From: a virus
Length of the DNA stretch: 64,000 nt
Virus record (IMG/VR): IMGVR_UViG_3300014720_000016
Reading direction: 5' to 3' (one strand)
Made by a program: the position numbers and the translations under genes. The notes beneath the pieces were generated by a model that did not search any database, was not told where the DNA came from, and worked only from the letters and a program-made list of their open reading frames with translations. The first letter of the stretch is position 1, and every line of letters begins with the position of its first letter. Shown piece after piece: positions 57,195 through 64,000 of this stretch.

Positions 57195-57665
57195 TTACTC
57201 TGATTCTTTAAATGCAAAATGTAGAGTATCGATTAGGCATTTGCCAGACGGCAAATTATCGCTATACTCCGCCCCTCGCGGGAGATAACGTAGGGTAGCG
57301 TGTGGTACGAAGTTGGGGAATTTATCATTAATTGAAATATCAAGGTTCGATAAAACTTCTTTGATCACCTCTCGCAGCTCGTGCAGGCGCGGGCTTTCAA
57401 TGTGAACGAACCAAGGCACGCTATCGTCTTTGCCTTTAAAACAGTCAAGTTCTCCGATTTCGGCTGAAAAAGGCTTCAGACGCTGAGCAATCATTTCAAT
57501 AGCCGCTGCTGCACGCAACACTTCGCCTTCCTCTAGGTCAGGCAAGTATATGACAGATACATGCGGAGGAGTAAAGTCGTCATTCCCAATACGGCCAAAG
57601 CGCGGAAAGGCCGCCTCTATCTCCGGCGGAAAGGTACAGTATACAAAGGCATCATACTTCTTCAT
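57195..57665 (-). CDS. 2H phosphoesterase (LigT / Acb1-like)
   Basis: PPHVSV and VPHATL (HxS/HxT pair); start MKKYDA. Confidence 0.8.
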   Translation of the reverse strand: MKKYDAFVYCTFPPEIEAAFPRFGRIGNDDFTPPHVSVIYLPDLEEGEVLRAAAAIEMIAQRLKPFSAEIGELDCFKGKDDSVPWFVHIESPRLHELREVIKEVLSNLDISINDKFPNFVPHATLRYLPRGAEYSDNLPSGKCLIDTLHFAFKESE

Positions 57666-57767
57666 AGTTACTCTTTTTAAATACTGTTGAGCTACCTTTC
57701 CTAGCGGCGCGGCTTCGCGCCCGGCTCCGGGCATGGGAACATAAATAGCATTTATTAATCGGAAGGA

Positions 57768-58094
57768 TCAGGCTGATCCTAGTCCTTTGGGCAGAATTGT
57801 TGCAAACCTTGCCTCGAAATTCCTTTTATTTATCACATCTTCATCACTAAGAGACCACCTGCCAGAGTCAATAGAAACGATATTTAGATTTAGATCTAGT
57901 TCAGCTCTTACTGGTCGCCCATCGAACTTCATAGATATATCAAAATGGTGTGGATGCTTTGTGATGATAATCATCTTGCCTGGCCCTGACAGCACATGGA
58001 CCCGCTGGCCATTTAGCTTTTCAGAACTAATATGATTTTCCATGTCCTGATTTTCAAGTAGGCTGTTTATCAGGTGCATTTCATGTAGTTTCAT
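57768..58094 (-). CDS. Hypothetical protein (MKL group)
   Basis: ORF in operon. Confidence 0.55.
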   Translation of the reverse strand: MKLHEMHLINSLLENQDMENHISSEKLNGQRVHVLSGPGKMIIITKHPHHFDISMKFDGRPVRAELDLNLNIVSIDSGRWSLSDEDVINKRNFEARFATILPKGLGSA

Positions 58095-58586
58095 TCAGTC
58101 ATCCGTAAAGCTAGAAAAGCTAGCTGCAATCAGTTCTTCTACGTCAATAGTATTTGCTTCACGCGATCTCATAGCCCTTGAGACCTGATTGTAGATAGCT
58201 ACAAATAGCTCGCAAACTGTATGATACTCGGTCTTAGATAGGAAGCGCAGCACACGCTTAAAGATGTGGTCATTAGCGCTTTCAAGAGCGCGAATATAAT
58301 TGTCATCGGGCTCAACGCCGTTTTCCGTCGCATTTTTAACGGACTCAGACAGCGCAGCCCAAGATGCATAAAGGTAGCAGCAAATTGCCGGAGCGTAAAT
58401 CTTTTTCCTAAAAGAGGCAAGTGCTCCAGCCTTGCGCAGCATTGTCCTGGAGATAGGATTGCCGCCAGAGTTGTCAGTGGCTCTCGAAAGAAGTAGCGAA
58501 GCCCGTTCGCACTCATCCCAGAAAGCTGGATCAGAGGCGTGAGAAAAGAGTGACGCAAGGCGCATCATTGGCGATACTTTAAGCAA
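58095..58586 (-). CDS. Hypothetical protein (start near 58586 or 58568)
   Basis: GAGGAG RBS downstream of motif copy 4. Confidence 0.55.
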   Translation of the reverse strand: MLKVSPMMRLASLFSHASDPAFWDECERASLLLSRATDNSGGNPISRTMLRKAGALASFRKKIYAPAICCYLYASWAALSESVKNATENGVEPDDNYIRALESANDHIFKRVLRFLSKTEYHTVCELFVAIYNQVSRAMRSREANTIDVEELIAASFSSFTDD

Positions 58587-58620
58587 GTGACTCCTCTTTG
58601 TTCGCGTTGAACGGTCTGGA

Positions 58621-58658
58621 GGATCGGGCGGAGCCGGGTTTAGGCCCGGCCCGCCCTG
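58621..58658 (-). promoter_or_regulatory. Repeated 38-nt hairpin motif, copy 4
   Basis: CAGGG-CGGGCCGGGC-CTAAA-CCCGGCTCCGC-CCGATCC. Confidence 0.75.
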
Positions 58659-58664
58659 GCACAT

Positions 58665-59408
58665 TCAGAATAGCGATTCTCCAGTACTGCCATCATGTAC
58701 GTTGCCCAGCAGCTGAATATCAGCTTCACGGATCACTGTATAACGGCATGTAACAAGCTCTCCTACCGGGCTGCTATAAGCTCCTACAACGTCCGCAGGA
58801 TTTACCTTGACAATCCCAGCCTTTCCTACGAAAGTACTATTGTGATCTACATAGCTCCTGCTGCCAGCAGAAAATCCCTTCTCTGCCCCGCGTCTTGCAT
58901 TCAGATAAATCTTCTCGCGCGGAAACTCGACCGTTGCTCCGGGCTTCGCCAGATAGGTGCCGGTATCTGAATCTACCCAGTCATTGGTGAACAGCTTTAG
59001 AGCCAGTAGGCAGCCGTCCGTTGTAATAGGCAGCCGCTCACATGCCATGAAAGTGTCCAAGCCATTCCTAGCACGGGCCGAAGGATTCCGAGCCCTATTC
59101 CGAACAAAGGCAGATAGCGGACCCCACGGCATCTTCTTGCTGTGAAACAAATTCACCAAATCTGTGCAGTGCTGTCCGATTGGCGAGCCGTCTACCGCAT
59201 AAGATCCATCCGGCTGGAAGGAGATTTCTTCATTTGAGAACTTGCGCAATGAAGCCCTAGGATCCATTAGGAGCCTAAGGCGTTCGATGTCCTGCTCGGC
59301 AAGTGCGGCCAGCGCCTCTGCATACGCAGGAGAACTCTTGTGGATCATCCTGGGACCGTCGCTGAAAACAACGGTTAGCCCAGAATTTGATACGATATTT
59401 GTGATCAT
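58665..59408 (-). CDS. rIIB-like protein
   Basis: NPS..A...L..F, ITTDGCLLALK, D..TG, V.FPR, VKVNPADVV, CRYTV. Confidence 0.8.
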   Translation of the reverse strand: MITNIVSNSGLTVVFSDGPRMIHKSSPAYAEALAALAEQDIERLRLLMDPRASLRKFSNEEISFQPDGSYAVDGSPIGQHCTDLVNLFHSKKMPWGPLSAFVRNRARNPSARARNGLDTFMACERLPITTDGCLLALKLFTNDWVDSDTGTYLAKPGATVEFPREKIYLNARRGAEKGFSAGSRSYVDHNSTFVGKAGIVKVNPADVVGAYSSPVGELVTCRYTVIREADIQLLGNVHDGSTGESLF

Positions 59409-59409
59409 A

Positions 59410-61542
59410 TCACACCTTGCTTTTGTTTACAAGAGACATGTAGTCGATAATATCTTTGCCAAGCGAGCCGCGATCAACCTGCCAAAGATTCATTAGCTTT
59501 AGCAGTGGGAATAGATTGCGGCAGGCTTCGTAGGTTTCTTCCGGTACATTAGAGGCGTGCTCCTTGCTTCCCAGACCAAGGTTTCGGCCCAACCTTGATC
59601 GACGCAGTGTAGCATAGGCAACTGCCTCGGTCTTGCCCTCGGTGCTCTCTGGATCAAAGAACATTGGAGTACCAGCCTTCTTTGCCCAGACCAGAACACG
59701 ACGGCGCTCATCACTGGCATTAATGCCATCGAAAAGAGCGGCTGCTTCGCCGAGCTTTTTTGCTGCCTCTTGGAGCTCTGTTGACAGCAGCCTGCAGCCA
59801 GCCTCCATAGCTTCCTTGATGTCAGATGTACGTACCGCCAGCAAGCGGGCATTCGCCGGAAGAACACCAGCAGTTACTAGAGACGTAAACTCGTTGGCGA
59901 TTGTCCGTGGCTCCATGTTCTCTACGAAATCCTTTGGTGCAAAACTCTCCATCGGGATAATAAGGTTAAGCTTGTTTTCTTCAAACTCTGCTGGCGTCCA
60001 GTTCTTGGACTTGGCAGAACGCTCGTGCGGCCCGCCAGAGGCAGTGAAGTAGATCGCAGCACGCTTGGCGGCATCTACTTTAGTGGGAGCCTTGCGGGGG
60101 CGAACGAGTGGTCGATCATCGTCCTCAGTAGCGTCAGGCATTGCCGGATCTGGCAGAGTACTAGCTAGAACCCAAAGATCTTCTGGCATGGTCTTGCTGA
60201 GCCATGACTTCGACTCCTCCACCTTCGTAGGAGCCGGCACCAGCATGGTAACGCCCGTCCGCAACTCCGCTGCTAGGTTTTTTGCACGGGCTACGCCAGT
60301 CGCCCGGTCTACGTCCAGTAGAACAATAGTATTCTGTACTGGAGAAATTTTTTCCTTGCCAAGTACATCAGCGGGACGTGCAGCATAGCGGCTGCCCGAA
60401 CGGTAAACCTCTACAACGGAGCTGAAGTAGAAGTCGTCAATTGTCGGACGGGTTTCCCACTCTTTGCCCTGCCACTTGATCTTGTCGCCAGTAACAACGC
60501 ACTCGATGCCATCATTAGAGATGTAGCCCAGCTCATGTGCCTTGCGAATAGCCTGGCGCAGATTTGTTTGAGCCAGTACCTCGGTCGTGACTTTTGCGGT
60601 AGCGCGATCCCTGATGCCAGTCAGCTTCTTGATGATTGCCTTAACCGTCGAGTCCTTGTACTCGAGGGCTTCGCGGCTGGCAGCCATCTGTAGCTCGCCG
60701 ATCTCAAAGTTCATAATAAGATTTGAGCAGCGCCATCGCAGCCAGTCACTGTCGGCTGCGTTGAGCCGATTAGCATTGCCCTTCGAGTCATAAGAGTCGT
60801 AGAGCAGCTTGCTGATGTCTACAGGGTATCCGACGTTGCCCATGATAGCAATAGGGTCATCAAGGCGATGCCTTGCGATCTTGACATCGTCCAGATCGAT
60901 GTGGATCTCGGGAATATCAAGGGCAACGGCAGCACCTAGGATGGTGGGCTTGACACGGAACCAGCGGTAGAGATTGCGCGCACGATTGTGGAAGTCATGC
61001 ACATCGCTTGAATCGACCGGGATAACAATCTCGATGCCGGTTTCGGTGGTTGGCTCGCGAGAAAGCTCGCTTACCTCACCCAGACCGCTTTCGTCAAGGA
61101 AGATGCTATAGCAAGTCTTGGTACCGTTACAGTGCGAGTTGATCTGCCAGAAATCCGTGTAGGCAAACGCAGACTTGCTGCCGAAACCCATCTGGCCGTT
61201 GAATGCATTTGAATTACGCTTCGTAGAAGCGCCATACATGCAGTACACTTCGCGAATGCCATCCTCATCCAGGCCGCGACCAAAGTCACGGACTCGGAAG
61301 AATAGATCGCTGTGATTGGGGAGGGTGATCTGGATGGGGGTATCTGGGATGCCGGCATCAATATGGGCATCGCAGGCATTCGTGGCGTACTCGCGGCAAA
61401 CGGCCAATACCTTGTCCGAGTATAGCTTGCTGCGAAGTACTGAGAAGATGTGCACCATATCTGATGCAGTCTTAATACCAAACTTCGATGACTTGAAATC
61501 ACCGTTGCGCTCTACATCAAAACCGATCTCATCTTGCTTCAT
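59410..61542 (-). CDS. rIIA-like protein (GHKL ATPase N-domain)
   Basis: LYSDKVLAVCREY.TNA.DAH, VRDFGRGL, STKRNSN...GQMGFGSKSAFAY, MGNVGYP, SREAL.Y. Confidence 0.85.
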   Translation of the reverse strand: MKQDEIGFDVERNGDFKSSKFGIKTASDMVHIFSVLRSKLYSDKVLAVCREYATNACDAHIDAGIPDTPIQITLPNHSDLFFRVRDFGRGLDEDGIREVYCMYGASTKRNSNAFNGQMGFGSKSAFAYTDFWQINSHCNGTKTCYSIFLDESGLGEVSELSREPTTETGIEIVIPVDSSDVHDFHNRARNLYRWFRVKPTILGAAVALDIPEIHIDLDDVKIARHRLDDPIAIMGNVGYPVDISKLLYDSYDSKGNANRLNAADSDWLRWRCSNLIMNFEIGELQMAASREALEYKDSTVKAIIKKLTGIRDRATAKVTTEVLAQTNLRQAIRKAHELGYISNDGIECVVTGDKIKWQGKEWETRPTIDDFYFSSVVEVYRSGSRYAARPADVLGKEKISPVQNTIVLLDVDRATGVARAKNLAAELRTGVTMLVPAPTKVEESKSWLSKTMPEDLWVLASTLPDPAMPDATEDDDRPLVRPRKAPTKVDAAKRAAIYFTASGGPHERSAKSKNWTPAEFEENKLNLIIPMESFAPKDFVENMEPRTIANEFTSLVTAGVLPANARLLAVRTSDIKEAMEAGCRLLSTELQEAAKKLGEAAALFDGINASDERRRVLVWAKKAGTPMFFDPESTEGKTEAVAYATLRRSRLGRNLGLGSKEHASNVPEETYEACRNLFPLLKLMNLWQVDRGSLGKDIIDYMSLVNKSKV

Positions 61543-61554
61543 TAGGATATCCTG

Positions 61555-61884
61555 TCAAAAATAAATCGAAACGAATCGTTCGTAAGTGATTGAATTACCG
61601 GCGGGGTCAAACCATTCTTCATTTACCCAACCGGCGGAAACTGTTGTTATTTGCCCTACCCGACCATCGGAATAGAACAAGTGCTGCACATAGCCATAAT
61701 CGCTTGGATCCTTATTCCATTTTCTCAGGAGATTAAAATCTGGATAGTAGGCAGCGGCCAGCCGGTCGGGGCCAGCAGGCCGCTGAATAACTGACTCGCC
61801 AACTGGAGAGCTGCCGCATGATGTCGGTGATATACCGTACTCTTCAGATACAGACAGTATCAGCTCTGCTAACCAGAGCTTCAT
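61555..61884 (-). CDS. Hypothetical protein (MKL group)
   Basis: ORF in operon. Confidence 0.55.
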   Translation of the reverse strand: MKLWLAELILSVSEEYGISPTSCGSSPVGESVIQRPAGPDRLAAAYYPDFNLLRKWNKDPSDYGYVQHLFYSDGRVGQITTVSAGWVNEEWFDPAGNSITYERFVSIYF

Positions 61885-61885
61885 G

Positions 61886-62590
61886 TCAGTGAGCCCTGAA
61901 TGCTACATGCTTTGTTGTGCGGGAATCCGTACATAGCCGGCACTTCTCGCAGGCACCAGCGGTTTCCAGCTTGCCTACTGTGGCGGGACAGAAGAAGCTG
62001 CCTTCTGGCTTTTCCTCGTTCTTGGCAATCGGGCCATAGGCATGGCGGAAAAAGCTGTGGTTTTTAACAAAGGCCAGTGCCTCGCTCTCATTAGCCGAGT
62101 CTGTACTGGCCCAGCATGTTACATTGCGCAGGCTCTGCATACCGGAGAAATCCAGAGTAAATGACCGGGTGTAGAACCAGAACTTTGTATTTGGCCGGGC
62201 GGCGATAGCCTCCGCCCAAACATCGACGTACCATTGCGAGAAGAAGTCACCTGACTCGTGAATACGGAAAAGCTCTGCTTTCTCTGGGATCATTTCCAGG
62301 AGAGCCCGGACAGCGCCCTCGTTATCAGCATTGGCCTCGAAGTGCTTGAGCAGCTTCCAGTTGCGGGCGAGCAGATTCTGTACGGCAGGCCAGGTGTGAT
62401 TGCCCTTCTTGGCATAACACTTGCTGGCACATACGTCGGTTTCGCCGATACAGCCGAAGTTCTTGCCAGCCGGGATGGCAAAAGCATTATTCTTTTTCAC
62501 CGAGATCTTGGCAGGGCTAGAAGCCCGCAGTCCTTCTGGGAGATCTCCGTTGTCAAGAATCTTGAGGATGTTCGATACGTACTTTGACAT
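61886..62590 (-). CDS. Phage Gp88-like protein (radical-SAM-like Cys motif)
   Basis: C.G....C...CYA, FRIHESGDF, FWFYTRS, CPA, CEKCRLC. Confidence 0.8.
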   Translation of the reverse strand: MSKYVSNILKILDNGDLPEGLRASSPAKISVKKNNAFAIPAGKNFGCIGETDVCASKCYAKKGNHTWPAVQNLLARNWKLLKHFEANADNEGAVRALLEMIPEKAELFRIHESGDFFSQWYVDVWAEAIAARPNTKFWFYTRSFTLDFSGMQSLRNVTCWASTDSANESEALAFVKNHSFFRHAYGPIAKNEEKPEGSFFCPATVGKLETAGACEKCRLCTDSRTTKHVAFRAH

Positions 62591-62668
62591 TTGCTATTCC
62601 TAGGGATAAAAGGTAAGTGGTTACAGGCGGATGGAAGTGGTTGGCTAGCAATAAAGCGGATTTAGCAT

Positions 62669-63328
62669 ATGGAATTCAATCTGTTTAAGATTGCCAAAAA
62701 AGAGCTGGAGTGTCCTCAGTGCGGGGTGACATTTGTCCCTCGGCATTCAGCCGTGTGGAAGTTGAAAAATGGCTTGACCAAGAAGCTGTTCTGTTCGCGC
62801 GCCTGCCGAGTAAAGAACTACCAGCGGCGCATTACAATGCCGTGTAAGATCTGCGGCAAGTCGGTTACTCGCTTGCTTTCGGAACACCGCAAGTCAAAAA
62901 GCGGGAATATATTCTGCTCTCCAGAATGTGGTACGATTTGGTCTAACTACATGGGAAAGAAGTTCCATACTCGCTCTGCACTAGAAGTTGCTGTCGAGGA
63001 GCAGCTACATCAGGACTTCCCAGATCTAGAAGTCATTTGCGGCTCTAACTCTGCAATCGGCGCTGAGCTGGATATCTACTTCCCAAGCAAGAAGATTGCT
63101 ATTGAAATTCATGGCGCCTATCACTACTACCCTGTTCGGGGTGACTGGGCCAAGTTCATGAAAACGCTGCGGAATGATGCCCGCAAGCTGCGAATGGCTA
63201 AAGACGCTGGCATCAAGCTATATGTGCTTAATGCCAGCAAGCTGCGTGGCAAGCGTGCCTTTAGCAGCTATTATAAGCAGATAGCCGATCTAGTAAGAAA
63301 GGCCATCCTAGAGAGCGACTCTAAATAA
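62669..63328 (+). CDS. Zinc-ribbon plus Vsr/DUF559-like endonuclease
   Basis: CPQCG..FCSRAC, CKICG..FCSPEC, SALE, ELDIYFP..KIAIEIHG.YH, D..K. Confidence 0.75.
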   Translation: MEFNLFKIAKKELECPQCGVTFVPRHSAVWKLKNGLTKKLFCSRACRVKNYQRRITMPCKICGKSVTRLLSEHRKSKSGNIFCSPECGTIWSNYMGKKFHTRSALEVAVEEQLHQDFPDLEVICGSNSAIGAELDIYFPSKKIAIEIHGAYHYYPVRGDWAKFMKTLRNDARKLRMAKDAGIKLYVLNASKLRGKRAFSSYYKQIADLVRKAILESDSK

Positions 63329-63363
63329 AAAGCCACCCGTTTTACTGAGTGGCTCTTGATGCG

Positions 63364-63393
63364 AAAAAGGCGGCGCAGTAGCGCCGTTTTTTT
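63364..63393. terminator. Bidirectional terminator
   Basis: AAAAAGGCGGCGC-agta-GCGCCGTTTTTTT. Confidence 0.75.
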
Positions 63394-63983
63394 CACTTTA
63401 CGGCAGGCGGTACCGGAGCACCCTTAGTGCCAGTGCTCAAGGTACCCGAACCACTACCAGCAGTTGGCGTAGGAATTGAAGCAACCTGCCCATCGGTATC
63501 ACGGCGTTCAATCTTGGCGTCCTGAGGAGAGGCCGCCGGAGCAGAGCCACCAAATGGGCTAGGTGTACCGACTGCAAAGTGCGCAGATGTCTGCGCCTTG
63601 ATGTTGTTAAGGCGCTTCATCAGGTCGTGCCATCCTGTGAGTGGAGCGCCCTGGCCTGCCATCTTTAGAAATTCCAGTATCTGTGGTCCGGTAATCTTGC
63701 TAGCAGGAACAGCCATAGGCGGCTGTTCACCCGCGGCCTTGAACATCTGAACGATCTCTTGCATAACAAGACGAGCGCGCTCATGCATCTTTTCTATTTC
63801 TGCTTTTTTATCGGCTGGAACCGTGACTGCGAGCGGCTCCATAGAGATCTCTTCAGGCTCAGCATGCTCGTCATAAGCTGCAATAACCTTGATCAGATTA
63901 TCAATCTGGTCTGCTACGCGGATGTTACCTTCGGCGTCTGCCTCGTTGGCTAGCGCTGCCAGGCCGTCTAGAATCTTTTTCAT
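63393..63983 (-). CDS. Hypothetical protein; possible internal head protein
   Basis: L..LANEAD.EG....ADQID.L helix; low-complexity tail; GAGG RBS. Confidence 0.65.
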   Translation of the reverse strand: MKKILDGLAALANEADAEGNIRVADQIDNLIKVIAAYDEHAEPEEISMEPLAVTVPADKKAEIEKMHERARLVMQEIVQMFKAAGEQPPMAVPASKITGPQILEFLKMAGQGAPLTGWHDLMKRLNNIKAQTSAHFAVGTPSPFGGSAPAASPQDAKIERRDTDGQVASIPTPTAGSGSGTLSTGTKGAPVPPAVK

Positions 63984-64000
63984 AATTACCTCTAAGAAAA

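Noticed and set aside
40063-58658. Repeated motif as CRISPR repeats, attC sites or ordinary terminators
   Set aside because: Copies are kilobases apart with no spacer array, lack GTTRRRY cores and have no U tract.
1-64000. Eukaryotic giant virus or bacterial chromosome origin
   Set aside because: SD sites, coupled operons, rIIA/rIIB, GH24 endolysin, tail fibres and many ORFans point to a phage. No NCLDV core genes or housekeeping operon structure were seen.

Overview
This window looks like a segment of a large (jumbo-type) dsDNA bacteriophage genome. It is gene-dense, roughly 50% GC by eye, uses the standard code with Shine-Dalgarno sites and intrinsic terminators, and most genes are on the minus strand. 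I saw no rRNA, tRNA or CRISPR array. Left to right it carries: a truncated IMPDH/GMP reductase; a sugar-modification and glycosyltransferase cluster (1.4-7.9 kb); a strand-asymmetric non-coding region next to a PolA-superfamily (TV-Pol-like) polymerase and RNase HII; a broken C45 peptidase; a GC-rich cassette of three paralogues; three large plus-strand tail/virion proteins; then a long minus-strand region. That region encodes cysteine desulfurase, GroEL, peptide deformylase, Tmk, Lon, GH24 lysozyme, DNA ligase, two glycosyltransferases, an AAA ATPase, a DinG-like helicase, dUTPase, a possible divergent sigma factor, IF-1, FtsK, a Ser/Thr kinase, an SspB-like protein, HNH, topoisomerase IIA subunits, UvsE, Hsp20, a 2H phosphoesterase, rIIA/rIIB and Gp88. 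The Lon, Tmk and SspB sequences resemble myxobacterial forms as I recall them, suggesting a Myxococcota host (inference, no search run). The most unusual signals are: (1) a 38-nt ungapped GC-rich hairpin motif (CTAAR loop followed by CCGATCC) at four gene junctions; (2) a candidate origin + TV-Pol + RNase HII module; (3) an SD-sequestering hairpin before hsp20 with a promoter inside its 5' arm; (4) shared short peptide motifs (N-terminal F..KxA, DGY, MKLxD) across otherwise unrelated proteins. All product calls come from motif recognition only.
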